A stretch of DNA of 64,000 nucleotides from a virus: the IMG/VR virus record IMGVR_UViG_3300027857_000001, positions 1 to 64,000 of that record, one strand, 5' to 3'. Each line of letters starts with the position of its first letter. Position 1 is the stretch's first letter. Positions 9,928-19,484 of the stretch are shown here, one piece after another. The position numbers and the translations under genes were made by a program. The notes below the pieces were generated by a model. That model had not been told where the DNA came from, did not search any database, and saw only the letters and a program-made list of their open reading frames with translations.

Positions 9928-10734
9928 TCAGGCGGCATCGTTCCCGCCTCGGGAGACCGCGTACCTCACTGGCTCGCGGTGCGCCATGAATGACCCGGCC
10001 TGCGAGAACGCAAACGAAGCCTCCGTCGAGGCCCAGCCGTCAAGCAGCCCGATGGTCTGCGACCTGGACGCGTCCGGGACGACGGTGACGTACCCGGCCT
10101 GCGTGACACGGCTGAGCTGCCAGTCGTATCCGGAGTCGAAGCCGCGCGTCCCCGAGTCGCATTCCCAGTCCCACACCGGGCGGATGGCCCGCTCCCACCG
10201 GCTGCGCCACGTGCCCCAGCACCACGCGTTGAAGTACGGCAGGAGCCTGACCGCCGACTGGTCCGCGTCCGTATCCTGTGCCGGCTCGTGCGGGTCCCAT
10301 CCCTGGCCGCCCCGGCTGTGCGCGCACACCGCGAGAACCTGTTCGTCCTGCGCGAACAGGCCGGCCGCCCAGCAGAAGTACTCCAGGACGTCGGAAGACA
10401 CCACCACGTCTTCCTCGCCGAAGATGACGAACTCCGCCGCCGGGTCAGCGAGCACATGGTCCGCGGCCTCCGCGATGGCCCTTCCCATGCCCCTTGACGC
10501 CGCCGCCGCGGCGGAGTCCGGCTTGATCCGCACCCGGGCGCCCAGCCCGGAGGATGCGCGGAAATCGCTGATGACCTCAACCTGCTCAGCGAACTGGGCC
10601 TCGTCGTAGCCGAGCGCGATGGTGAACGAGTGCACGCCGCCGAGGCCGCGCGCCCCGCGCCAGGACTCCAGGGTCTGGCGGAGATAGTAGGGGCGTTTCA
10701 GCGCCGTCACGATGACCGCAGGCTCACAGCTCAT
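9928..10734 (-). CDS. Glycosyltransferase, GT-A fold
   Basis: IVTALKRPYYLRQTLESW N-terminus, FGEEDVVVSSD (DxD-like), YFNAWCWGTWRSRW. Confidence 0.65.
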   Translation of the reverse strand: MSCEPAVIVTALKRPYYLRQTLESWRGARGLGGVHSFTIALGYDEAQFAEQVEVISDFRASSGLGARVRIKPDSAAAAASRGMGRAIAEAADHVLADPAAEFVIFGEEDVVVSSDVLEYFCWAAGLFAQDEQVLAVCAHSRGGQGWDPHEPAQDTDADQSAVRLLPYFNAWCWGTWRSRWERAIRPVWDWECDSGTRGFDSGYDWQLSRVTQAGYVTVVPDASRSQTIGLLDGWASTEASFAFSQAGSFMAHREPVRYAVSRGGNDAA

Positions 10735-11285
10735 GCCCATACGACCCCCAGTCCGTAGCTGCCGTGCCGGTTCACCCAGGTCCGCCCTGTCTCCGCGCAG
10801 TAGATGCCCAGCGCCTCGGTGACTGGTCCGCCTGGCTCGCCGAGCATCCTGTCCCCGTCCGGCATCCACTCGGTATCATGCAGCAGCGCGAGGCCGCCCG
10901 CGCGGATTCGCGGGACGTACAGGCGCAGCTCGGCCAGGGTGTGACTGGTGGCGTGGGACGTGTCGACGAACAGGATGTCGCACGTGGCAGGCAGCCACTC
11001 CTGCGCCTGCACGCTGAGGTCATCGGCCTGGAGGAAATGCCACCTGGGCAGCCCGTTCCAGTCCGCCGGCACATCAGGCGGCTCGATGTCGGCCGACCAG
11101 ACGTGGCCGTCGTTGCCGGCGGTCCCGGAGAGGAACGCCGCCGTGCTGTTCCCGGAACGCACCCCGAGCTCGATGATGACCGGTCTCGTGAATGCTGCCG
11201 CAGTGTCGCGCAGGAATCTCATATGGCCTTGCATGTCGGACTTCGCGGCGGCCCTGGCCTCGTAGTCGCCTGCTATCGCCGTCAC
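10731..11285 (-). CDS. Class I SAM methyltransferase (Methyltransf_24-like)
   Basis: IIELGVRSGNST, ILFVDTSH...LAEL...GGLALLHDT. Confidence 0.85.
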   Translation of the reverse strand: MTAIAGDYEARAAAKSDMQGHMRFLRDTAAAFTRPVIIELGVRSGNSTAAFLSGTAGNDGHVWSADIEPPDVPADWNGLPRWHFLQADDLSVQAQEWLPATCDILFVDTSHATSHTLAELRLYVPRIRAGGLALLHDTEWMPDGDRMLGEPGGPVTEALGIYCAETGRTWVNRHGSYGLGVVWA

Positions 11286-12151
11286 GCTGCGCCTTCAGTC
11301 ATGCGCGGCCGGAGCCAGTATGGCGGGCACCTGCCGTCGCGGATCCAGGCCGGCCACGTCTCGTCGACAGTCACTGGGACCACGCCGGAGTCGGGTGCGT
11401 GATGCTCGCCGCGATTCCAGGTGGCGCCGGTCCGGATGGCTTCCCATTCCGCGCGGGGCATCTCGGTGTGGCAGGTGGCGGCGAGCTTCCGCTCACGGTC
11501 AGCCTCCGTGCCCAGCCACGAGAAATGCCAGCCGCCGTCCTCGATGACAGGAAGGGCGTGACGCTGGTCGCGGACCTGGCTCAGCGATGGCCTCCTCGGC
11601 CCGCTGACGCATCCGGCGCGGACGACGACTGACGTGAGCTGAGGGACTGGGTACTCCCAGTCGCAGGCAGAATGGAAGACCCGCTGCCTCAGCGCCGCCG
11701 CCCCCTGCTCCGGGCAGCCCCCCAGCGCGGCATCAGATGGGATCTCATCGCAGTCAGCGACGAGGAGGATGTCATCCGGGCGCACGCCTGCCAGATGGTG
11801 CCATGCTGCGTCACGCTGGGCGTGCTCGCGTTGCCAGTGGTCAGACCCCTCAGGGAGCTCACTGACTTCCACAAAGGTGATCCAGTCAGCGAACGCGGCA
11901 AACCGTTCCCGGTTCTCTGTGTACCGCAGGGGCTTGGGGACGCCGCGGTGGGTCACGCTAGCTTCCGTTATGACCGTTCGATGCACCTTTCCGGCGAGAT
12001 GGTTCAGTCTCATCTCGAGCATGTCCAGTTCACCGTCGAACATGATCAGGTCCCAGACCCGGCCGGTAAGGATGCGACCACCCCGGCATCCTGGCCGCAC
12101 CAGGGCGGCATCGGCGCCCCTGGCGGAAGGACCGCTCCGCCTGCCATGCAC
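11282..12151 (-). CDS. GT17-like (beta-1,4-GlcNAc transferase family) glycosyltransferase; start uncertain
   Basis: FDGELDMLEMRL, TEASVTHRGVPKP, WQREHAQRD, ADCDEIP and GGWHFSWLG are hallmark GT17 motifs. Confidence 0.8.
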   Translation of the reverse strand: MHGRRSGPSARGADAALVRPGCRGGRILTGRVWDLIMFDGELDMLEMRLNHLAGKVHRTVITEASVTHRGVPKPLRYTENRERFAAFADWITFVEVSELPEGSDHWQREHAQRDAAWHHLAGVRPDDILLVADCDEIPSDAALGGCPEQGAAALRQRVFHSACDWEYPVPQLTSVVVRAGCVSGPRRPSLSQVRDQRHALPVIEDGGWHFSWLGTEADRERKLAATCHTEMPRAEWEAIRTGATWNRGEHHAPDSGVVPVTVDETWPAWIRDGRCPPYWLRPRMTEGAA

Positions 12152-12888
12152 CCGCCCGCATCGCGGCCGTCGTGTCCGTCAAGGCGGTCACAGTCCGGCA
12201 GGCAGTGCCGGACGAGCGCCCTTACCTTCGCGGTATCGGCTGCCATCCGGTCGTCCCGCCAGCGTGCGTAGGCGTCCCGGTCGTCCTGATGCAGCGCCTC
12301 CGCGTCGGCATAGGTGGCGTCCAGGGCCGACTTGGCTACGCCCCAGTGCATGTGCTCGATCACCACGTCCGGGACGTAGGAGAGGCAGCCGGAGAGCTCG
12401 CCGATGTCCCTCCAGCACAGGTCCACGCACATGTGGCGCATCGACGGCTCGCACATCCAGCCGAGTGCTTCCACGATGCCGGCCGAGATGACAGGAGCGG
12501 TGGGAAGCCGGCCGCCCATGATCATGTCATTCCCGTACGCGATGCCGGTTCCCCCCGTCCGCCCGAGCGCGGCGAGCAGCAGGCCGTCCCAGTTCCCGGT
12601 CCTGGGCAGGTGGTCATCACCGAGGGACGCGAAGGCCCGGTAGCGGCCGGAGTGCCGGCTCGCGAGCTTGTTTGTCCACCCCGTGAGGGTGTCGCGGGGC
12701 CCGGTGAACATCCGGACCCGACCCTGGCAGTTACCGGGGACGGTGCCCGCGTAGAGCAGCGCCTGGTCGTCGTCGACCGCGACCGCAACGTCCGTCGCCG
12801 CTCCTGACAGGCTCAGGCAGGCCGCGAGCATTTCCTGCAGCCGGCCGGGGCGCCCCCGGGACGGCGTGATGACCAGCAGGTCCCTCAC
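12046..12888 (-). CDS. GT2-like glycosyltransferase
   Basis: LLVITPSRGRP, LGDDHLPRT, AYGND, HMCVD..WRDIG, VIEHMH motifs typical of actinophage GTs. Confidence 0.75.
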   Translation of the reverse strand: MRDLLVITPSRGRPGRLQEMLAACLSLSGAATDVAVAVDDDQALLYAGTVPGNCQGRVRMFTGPRDTLTGWTNKLASRHSGRYRAFASLGDDHLPRTGNWDGLLLAALGRTGGTGIAYGNDMIMGGRLPTAPVISAGIVEALGWMCEPSMRHMCVDLCWRDIGELSGCLSYVPDVVIEHMHWGVAKSALDATYADAEALHQDDRDAYARWRDDRMAADTAKVRALVRHCLPDCDRLDGHDGRDAGGCMAGGAVLPPGAPMPPWCGQDAGVVASLPAGSGT

Positions 12889-14873
12889 TGAGCGCCGGCC
12901 CGGTCTCTGGTGACGGCGCGCAGGTCAGCCGCCGTGGCGGCTGCATGTGCTGCCGCGGTCCGCTCAGCGAGCTCGCGGGCGTCCAGTTCCCCGGCGTCCC
13001 ACGCTCCGGCGAGCCGCGCGATGACCTCATCCCTCGCCGCTGCCGGCACAGCGACAGGCAGCGCGACCAGGTAAGGGGCGCAGCCGTACATCCCGGCCGG
13101 CCGCACCTCGTACCCGTATCCGCCCAGGAGCCCCACCAGCTCGCTGCGGTCGTAACAGCCGTACACTGAATGGTCCTCGATCCACAGCACCGGCCGCAGC
13201 CGGCTGAGGGTTTCCCGCATGCCGCGCAGGGCGTGCAGGTCCGCGCCTTCCACGTCTAGCTTCACCAGGTCGATGCGCGGCTCATCCGCGAGCAGGTCAT
13301 CCAGCGGGCAGCCGGTCACGGTGCCGCCGTCATCGGGGATGACCCGGGTGGACCCGTCCCGCTCATGCCCGGCAGGTGAGTCGAGCCGCAGCAGGGCGTT
13401 CTCGTCCCATGCGGCGACCTCGAGGACCGTGACGTTCCCCGGCTCGTTGAGGGCGATGTTGTCGCGCAGTCTCGCTGCGGTAGCCGGGTTCGGCTCGACG
13501 GCGATCACCTTCGATGCGGCCTCTGCCGCACGGAGGGTGTAGTGCCCGACGTGGGCGCCGACGTCCAGGAACACCCCGCCGGGCGGGAGGAGCGACAGGA
13601 GCGAGTCTTCGACGGACTCCTCGTGGAACGGGCCGAGCCGGTCACCGTGATCTTCCGGGCCGTCTACCCGCCAGTCCAGGCCGGCGTGGCGGACGATCCG
13701 GCGGTCCTCCTGGCGCATCTGCTCGAGCCGCGCCAAGACCGGCTTCCAGTACTGCTCCAGCACCAGGTCGGCGTCGTACCCGAGCGCGAACTCGCGGGTA
13801 GCCTGCCGTTTCGCCTCGATGGCGCCCGACATGGTCAGCTCGTAGGCTTCCTCGTAGGCGGCCTCGATATCGTCGATGAACGGGACCTGCCAGCTTTCCC
13901 CGTGCCACTCGTTCCACCACGGCTGCCCGCGCACTTTCCAGCCGGAGCCGCACAGCTCGGTCATGGCTGTCGCGTCGTTCACCACTACGGGCGTGCCGCA
14001 CGACTGGGCTTCGAGGACGGGGATACCGAAGCCCTCCCCGTACGAGGCGGAGGACAGGACGTCGATCGCGGAATACCACTCGGCCAGCTCGGCGGCCGTA
14101 ACCGCGCCGATGGCCATCCTGTACTGATCGCTGAACGAGACAGCGCCGGCGACGCCTTTCCTCTGCGCCATCCTGACGAGGTTCAGCCCGGTCGGCACGC
14201 CGCCCTTGACCGAGTGCACCGACAGGATCGCCTCGGGATGCCGCGCGTGGAACCGGCTGAACGCTTCGAACTGTTCGCCGAAAGCTTTCCTTGAACTGTC
14301 TTTATTGGCAGCCGCAATGCCTACGATGAAGCGTCCGTCGTGCCCGAACCTGCGGCGCACCTCCTCCCGGTCCGGTGCCGGCCTGAACACGGAGGTCTCG
14401 CAGGCGTGCGGTACGTACGCCGCGTCGAAACCCCGCGCCGTGAGCTGGGCCTGCCCGTGCCTGCTCATCGCGACCGGGAACGCTCCGGTCTCCCGCAGCC
14501 AGTTCTCGTCGGGCTCGCCGAGGGCAAGCGTGTCGACCGGCATCCACGCCGCAACCGGGACGCCCTGCTCCTGGTGAATGGCCCTGATCTGGCCCTTATC
14601 GAGAACCCACGCATCCATCAGCGTGATGAGCGCGTCGGCACGCGACTGCCTGACGTGCTCGGCGATGATGTCCGATCCGTACGCGTCTATGCCTGGCGGG
14701 AGGACCAGGTGACCTTTCCAGTTCCCGGTGTCCCCCTGGATGCCGTAGAAGGCCGACGCGATGACCTCGTGTCCTAGGGCGGCAATACGGGTGATGAACA
14801 GGCCCGCTTCTATGCCGTACCCGGTGGGCAGTCCCGGGCGGTTCGAGTGGAAGAGGATTCGGATGGGAGCCAC
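12885..14873 (-). CDS. GT4 (GT-B) glycosyltransferase fused to FkbM-family methyltransferase and a C-terminal DUF1707-like tail
   Basis: TGYG, SYGEGFGIPVLEAQSCGTPVV (GT4); FLDVGAHVG, IAVEPNP, VKLDVEGAD (FkbM); RDEVIARLAGAWDAGELDARELAER...L (DUF1707-like). Confidence 0.85.
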   Translation of the reverse strand: MAPIRILFHSNRPGLPTGYGIEAGLFITRIAALGHEVIASAFYGIQGDTGNWKGHLVLPPGIDAYGSDIIAEHVRQSRADALITLMDAWVLDKGQIRAIHQEQGVPVAAWMPVDTLALGEPDENWLRETGAFPVAMSRHGQAQLTARGFDAAYVPHACETSVFRPAPDREEVRRRFGHDGRFIVGIAAANKDSSRKAFGEQFEAFSRFHARHPEAILSVHSVKGGVPTGLNLVRMAQRKGVAGAVSFSDQYRMAIGAVTAAELAEWYSAIDVLSSASYGEGFGIPVLEAQSCGTPVVVNDATAMTELCGSGWKVRGQPWWNEWHGESWQVPFIDDIEAAYEEAYELTMSGAIEAKRQATREFALGYDADLVLEQYWKPVLARLEQMRQEDRRIVRHAGLDWRVDGPEDHGDRLGPFHEESVEDSLLSLLPPGGVFLDVGAHVGHYTLRAAEAASKVIAVEPNPATAARLRDNIALNEPGNVTVLEVAAWDENALLRLDSPAGHERDGSTRVIPDDGGTVTGCPLDDLLADEPRIDLVKLDVEGADLHALRGMRETLSRLRPVLWIEDHSVYGCYDRSELVGLLGGYGYEVRPAGMYGCAPYLVALPVAVPAAARDEVIARLAGAWDAGELDARELAERTAAAHAAATAADLRAVTRDRAGAQ

Positions 14874-14989
14874 CAGGGGAATCGCGGGGGAACCTGACTT
14901 CCGAAGATTGTGCGGGGTAACGCCCCCGTAGCGGCAACATCAGCGAGGCCGGGAAAGGCGAAGGCCCTGCGGGGAGCCGTGGCTGGAAG

Positions 14990-15030
14990 CTCGGCGGCCC
15001 GCGAGCCCTGTCCTTCAGGGCCGGGTTAGC
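14990..15030 (+). mobile_element. IS200/IS605-type left-end hairpin, probably the displaced left end of the tnpB element at 21845
   Basis: GCCCGCGAGCCCTGTCCTTCAGGGCCGGG resembles the LE at 50555 (GCCCGTGAGACCCGTGGCTTCAGCCACGGG); removing element A places it just upstream of tnpB. Confidence 0.55.
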
Positions 15031-15415
15031 CCGTGCCCTAGGAGGGTTCGGCGAAACCCTTAGCTCCTGGTAGGCGGTGCGGGCAGGGGCTTGCCGGGTG
15101 GGGCTGACCCCAGATTCCGGTACTGGTTACCCCAGGAACGTGAAGAACGGGCGGCAGGTGATCTGCCGTCCGGTCTTGCTGTCTGCGGTGACTGCCTTGA
15201 CGTTCGACGTCACGCCACGCCTTGGCTGGCTTCCGGGTGTACGCCGCCTCCGGTTCTTACCCCGGGCGTGTCTGCCCGGTCTCCGGTGTCGCCGGGCACG
15301 GGGCGGGACTCCTGCTCGCGGATGACCTCGGTGAGCCGCTGCTGGAGCTGAAAATTTATGATCCTTACCCCAAAGGCGCGCGCCCAAGGCTGACAAGCTT
15401 GGTATACATGCGCCC

Positions 15416-15592
15416 ATGGACGACCTGCTGTATGGAACCTCCCAGGAGGACGGCAACTACTCGCATGCCGTTGACCCGTCTGACCGCACCGTCAGTATCT
15501 GCGGGAGGATTCAGAACCCCACGGTGAACGGGGAGTCATGGGCAGATGCCCCAGCGCCGCGCTGCCAGGAGTGTACGGCGCAAGCGCGCTGA
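15416..15592 (+). CDS. Small putative Zn-binding protein (58 aa, not in ORF track)
   Basis: MDDLLYGTSQEDGNYSHAVDPSDRTVSICGRIQNPTVNGESWADAPAPRCQECTAQAR: H...CG...CxxC pattern; ends just before a terminator. Confidence 0.45.
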   Translation: MDDLLYGTSQEDGNYSHAVDPSDRTVSICGRIQNPTVNGESWADAPAPRCQECTAQAR

Positions 15593-15606
15593 CGGCTGAT
15601 GTATCG

Positions 15607-15646
15607 AACGGGACGGCCGCCTGCATGGCCGTCCCGTTTCCGTTTT
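15607..15646. terminator. Terminator hairpin (shared with element B)
   Basis: AACGGGACGGCC / GGCCGTCCCGTT stem plus T-rich tail; near-identical inverted copy at 28369-28405. Confidence 0.75.
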
Positions 15647-15680
15647 GGCGCGGCGCTTGACGGCTACTGTTGCTGCTTGG

Positions 15681-15872
15681 CTAGCTGGGGGCAGTCTCCC
15701 GCTTGAACACGAACGGCGGCTGGAGGCTGATCAGTTCCCAGCCTTCGTGGCCGAGGGCGTTGAGGATTCCCTCGATCTCGTTGACGTGGTTCTTCTCTAC
15801 TGAATCGGCCAGGCTCTTGTGGGTGCCGCCGACCATGACGGTTCCCCTGCCGAGGACCTTGTACTCTGGCAT
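15681..15872 (-). CDS. DUF4177-like small protein
   Basis: EYK...IEGILNALGHEGWELIS...FKRE. Confidence 0.6.
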   Translation of the reverse strand: MPEYKVLGRGTVMVGGTHKSLADSVEKNHVNEIEGILNALGHEGWELISLQPPFVFKRETAPS

Positions 15873-15909
15873 GCTGGTCTTCCTTCCTCGTGGTGCTTGC
15901 CGGCCCGGC

Positions 15910-16404
15910 CTACTGGCCCGACTGGATGGGGAACTGGACGGGCGCCATGGGTGTCTGGATCGCCCTGATCGCGTAGGTAGCCATCTCCTTGCTATCGAGC
16001 CACAGTACGAGCGTGTACATGCCGGGCGCCGGGATCTCGACGTTGGTCACGGTGACGGCGAACGGCACCTGTGCCGGGTCGCCGAAGTGGGCCTCCAGCG
16101 ACGGTGCGGTGCGGAACCCCGCCTCGACGCGGACCGGCAGCTCCTGGCCGTTCTCGCCGCGCACGCCGACGCGGATCATCCGGTCGGTCATGGTGTCCTG
16201 GAACGGAAGTTCGAGCACTGCGGTGATGCCGAGCGTTGGCACGAGCGCCGGGAAGGCGTGGAAGCGCAGCAGCGTGATGAACCCGCCGTTCACGTACACC
16301 TTGCCGTCTGCCCCTGAGGCAGCGTGGTCGGATGCGAAGAACGCCACGACCCTGGTTGCTGTCAGCCGGGCTGGCGAGTCGGGGGCGGTGCTCTCCTGTG
16401 TCAT
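15910..16404 (-). CDS. DUF6941-like Ig-fold protein
   Basis: DHAASGADGKVYVNGG...PAPGMYTLVLWLD. Confidence 0.55.
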   Translation of the reverse strand: MTQESTAPDSPARLTATRVVAFFASDHAASGADGKVYVNGGFITLLRFHAFPALVPTLGITAVLELPFQDTMTDRMIRVGVRGENGQELPVRVEAGFRTAPSLEAHFGDPAQVPFAVTVTNVEIPAPGMYTLVLWLDSKEMATYAIRAIQTPMAPVQFPIQSGQ

Positions 16405-16454
16405 ACACGAATGATATCTTCTGTATTACCAAGGCTCAAGCAGAGGAGGGCAAG

Positions 16455-16802
16455 TTGCTCGACGTGGGGAAGTACGACCTGATCGACTGGGATGACCCGG
16501 AATCCGACCCGGACCCGGCCACGAACAACCTTCTCCACTGCCAGCAGGCGGACCACCTCGGAGCGCAGGCTGAGCTGGTCGTGTACGAACTGCTCGCCGG
16601 GGTATGGGCCGAGGTGAACTTCAAGACCATGACCGCGCAATGGGCCATCGTGGGGCTGGCACTGTCCCGGGTGTGGCTCGTACTGTTGAAGGAATCGGAG
16701 AAAAGAGGCGACTGGCTCCGCCCGGTCACCGGGTGGCCGGCCGAGACCGCTGAGATCCGGCAGTGGGAGAAGCTGACCGGGCAGAAATGGAGGGGACGAT
16801 GA
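16455..16802 (+). CDS. BrnT/RelE-like toxin candidate
   Basis: TTG start after GAGGAGG; DWDDPE..NNLLHC...WAIVG...WLVLL...RPVTGWPA pattern; ATGA-coupled to an RHH gene. Confidence 0.4.
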   Translation: MLDVGKYDLIDWDDPESDPDPATNNLLHCQQADHLGAQAELVVYELLAGVWAEVNFKTMTAQWAIVGLALSRVWLVLLKESEKRGDWLRPVTGWPAETAEIRQWEKLTGQKWRGR

Positions 16803-17092
16803 CCGCCGACCGCCCCCAGGGCCTGATAGAAGACGCCGGGCAGGCCGGGAAGCCGCGCCGCCTGGACCAGATGGTGTCCGCCCGGCTCGACCCGCCGCTC
16901 GTCGCGGCACTGCGACGCTTCGCCAAGAGGCGCGGCATCACCTTCAGCGACGTGATCCGGCTGGCCAGCCTGAACCTGCTGGCCCGCGAGGACGCCCAGA
17001 ACGTCATCGTCTTCTCAGTCCGGGTGACCAACGAGACACTGCCGAAGGCGGTCACCCGTTCGTACTGCGAGGAAATCCCGGCCGCCATCTGA
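16799..17092 (+). CDS. Ribbon-helix-helix (CopG-like) antitoxin candidate
   Basis: QMVSARLDPPLVAALRRFAKRRGITFSDVIR. Confidence 0.6.
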   Translation: MTADRPQGLIEDAGQAGKPRRLDQMVSARLDPPLVAALRRFAKRRGITFSDVIRLASLNLLAREDAQNVIVFSVRVTNETLPKAVTRSYCEEIPAAI

Positions 17093-17252
17093 TCATCCGG
17101 GCCCAGCCCGGCGTTGTGCGGGGCTGCCATCCGCTGCGGAAATCGAATGTGTGGCCGTGCCGGCTGGCGGGTGTTTCCGGGGTTTCCCTCATCCGCCCCG
17201 GCGCGGGAGCGTACCTGTCCGCATGCCCGGTGGTCCGGCCGGCACGGCCGGC

Positions 17253-17663
17253 TCAGTTACCCGGTGGCGGGGTGGGGATGAGTGCCCATGCGGTGCGCCC
17301 GGTGTCGTCCCCGGTGATACCCCAGTTGCCGGGTCCGGTGAGGATCTCGGTCACGTCGAGTCCGTGTGCCCGCCCGTCCGCGTGGCGGCCTCGCCGCCAT
17401 GGACCGCCGGCGTCCTCGACCTCGATCCGGATGTGACCGTGGCGGATCTCGGCGCGGAGGGTGAACTTACCGCCGTTCCCGGACGCGGAATGGAGTATGG
17501 CGTTGGTGGCGAGTTCGGATGCGACTAAGGTCGCGTCGTCGGCGGCGGGATGGCCGTGCAGCGCCTGTGTGAGCGCGCGGCGCGCGTGGCTGACTTGTGC
17601 GGGTTCTGCGGGGTAGGTTCCCTGGAACCGTCTGGTGCCGGGTGGTGCCGCCGTGTCGTCCAT
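17253..17663 (-). CDS. RsbW-like HATPase (ATP-binding protein), copy A
   Basis: LVASELATNAILHS, IRIEVEDAGG, GRAHGLDV, GRTAWA; divergent from XRE. Confidence 0.85.
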   Translation of the reverse strand: MDDTAAPPGTRRFQGTYPAEPAQVSHARRALTQALHGHPAADDATLVASELATNAILHSASGNGGKFTLRAEIRHGHIRIEVEDAGGPWRRGRHADGRAHGLDVTEILTGPGNWGITGDDTGRTAWALIPTPPPGN

Positions 17664-17780
17664 CGTGTCCCCTCCGTGCTGTGCTGGCCTATTGCCGATC
17701 ACACAGTGAAGGGGCACGCTTTAGCTACGTGACCGAACTGCCCGCCACGATCCGCCACGGTGATTCTGGAGGCATGCCAC

Positions 17781-18611
17781 ATGACACGGCGCGACCCTGA
17801 CACCGACCCGCGTGCGTTCCTGGGCGGCGAGCTTCGGCGCGGCCGGATGGCTGCTGGTTTCTCCAGCCAGGAGGCGCTGGCCGCCAAGCTCGGGTTCGAC
17901 AGGACCGTTGTCACGAAAGCGGAGACAGGGAAGCGCCCGCCCACGGCGGACGTGCTGGTGGCGTGGTGCGTGGCGTGCCGTATGGACGAGGAACTATTCA
18001 CGCGGCTGGCCAGGCTGGCGCGTGCCAGTGACGGGCCGGTACCGACGTGGTTCGAGGACTGGCTTGAGGCTGAGGGTGAAGCTCAGTCCCTCCGGATCTG
18101 GTCCCCGACCCTGATACCGGGACTGCTCCAGACAGCGGACTACGCCCGTGCGCTGTTCCTGGCCGCGCAGTCCGACACCAGCGATGACCTGATAGACGGG
18201 CTCGTCACGGCGCGGCTGGAACGGCGGGCGATCCTGGACCGCGCCGGCCCGCCTGATGTGGTGGTGGTCCTGGACGAGGTGGTCCTGCACCGGCTGATCG
18301 GCACGCACGAGATCATGCGGGACGCGCTGGTGCAGGTCGCGGAACTGTCCCGCCGGCCGAACGTCGTTGTGCAGGTGATCCCCGCATCTAACGGCGCTAA
18401 CGCGGGCCTCGGCGGCGCGTTCGACATCGCGGCGGCGGACGGCATGCCGGACACGCTGCGGATGGAAGGCGTGGAAGACCAGACGATAGAGAAGCGCTCC
18501 CTGGTGCGCAAGGCGGCGGTAGCGTTCGACCGGGTGCGCGGGGACGCGATGTCACGGGGACAATCGAGAGACCTGATTCTGAAGGTGGCAGAGGAAATAT
18601 GGAAGCCATAG
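17781..18611 (+). CDS. XRE HTH-DUF5753 regulator (WhiJ/Scr1-like), copy A
   Basis: N-terminal XRE HTH; IPGLLQTADYARA, ARLERRAIL and VLDEVVLHRLIG motifs. Confidence 0.9.
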   Translation: MTRRDPDTDPRAFLGGELRRGRMAAGFSSQEALAAKLGFDRTVVTKAETGKRPPTADVLVAWCVACRMDEELFTRLARLARASDGPVPTWFEDWLEAEGEAQSLRIWSPTLIPGLLQTADYARALFLAAQSDTSDDLIDGLVTARLERRAILDRAGPPDVVVVLDEVVLHRLIGTHEIMRDALVQVAELSRRPNVVVQVIPASNGANAGLGGAFDIAAADGMPDTLRMEGVEDQTIEKRSLVRKAAVAFDRVRGDAMSRGQSRDLILKVAEEIWKP

Positions 18612-18808
18612 ACCACGGCTGGCGCAAGGCCAGCTACTCAGGGAACGGCGGAGGCAACTGCGTCGAAGTGGGGCAGGACGCGGACGGGACGATCCTGGTC
18701 CGCGACACCAAGGACAGCGGCACCGGGCGAGTGCACCGCATCTCATCGGCTGACTGGCGCACGTTCCTGGCACGTGTGCGCTGCGGCGATCCCGGCACGC
18801 ATGGTTAG
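18599..18808 (+). CDS. DUF397 protein (BldB/Scr2-like), copy A
   Basis: WRKASYSGNGGGNCVEVG...VRDTKD...W..FL..V. Confidence 0.92.
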   Translation: MEAIDHGWRKASYSGNGGGNCVEVGQDADGTILVRDTKDSGTGRVHRISSADWRTFLARVRCGDPGTHG

Positions 18809-18968
18809 GGCTGTTATCGCATCGGATGAACCTCGTTATCCGCTCTCTCTGGTTTTAGCCCAGTGCGGGTGATTACTGTACCCTCATGGCACCAGGATCG
18901 TCACTTGGAATGCTGCGGCTGACGAGGCTTACGTTCTGTGCGCATCCAGTTGCTGGGCCGGGAGCATC

Positions 18969-19484
18969 GTGATGACACTCCCAGCTTGGACGGAAGTGGG
19001 TTTACTACCTGCTGGCGCGCACCGGTCAGACATGCCTGGCATTTATGACCGCTTCGTGCTTGATGCCCCGCATCGGGATCACCGGGAACTGCTGTTCAGC
19101 GCGTTGACAACACATCTCCGGCTAATGCAAAGGATCATTCCTGCTGGCGTAGCTTGGATAGATGGAAGCTTCGCCACGTGCAGAGAGGAACCACCGGAGG
19201 ATGTGGACGTGGTGGTCCTGCCGATGGACTGGGCTGCGGTCAGGTCGCTGCCTGATGTGGCGCGCATGAACCTTCATGCGCTCCTGACCCTCAAGGAGGT
19301 CTCCATCGCGCACCCGGAAGACCTCTGGTTCTCCAGGTTGCAGCCCATAGGCGGCCTGGTAGACGCCTACCTGTGCGCACCTGGCCAGGAGGCGACATGG
19401 CAGGAGACGTGGTCGCGGGTAGTCGATGCTAAGGGTGTGGTCATCGATGGCCAGGTCAAAGGCTTTGCGGAGGTGACGTGGTGA
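18969..19484 (+). CDS. DUF6932-like minimal nucleotidyltransferase
   Basis: GLLPAGAH N-terminus; WIDGSFAT...PEDVDVVV (GS-DxD). Confidence 0.7.
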   Translation: MMTLPAWTEVGLLPAGAHRSDMPGIYDRFVLDAPHRDHRELLFSALTTHLRLMQRIIPAGVAWIDGSFATCREEPPEDVDVVVLPMDWAAVRSLPDVARMNLHALLTLKEVSIAHPEDLWFSRLQPIGGLVDAYLCAPGQEATWQETWSRVVDAKGVVIDGQVKGFAEVTW

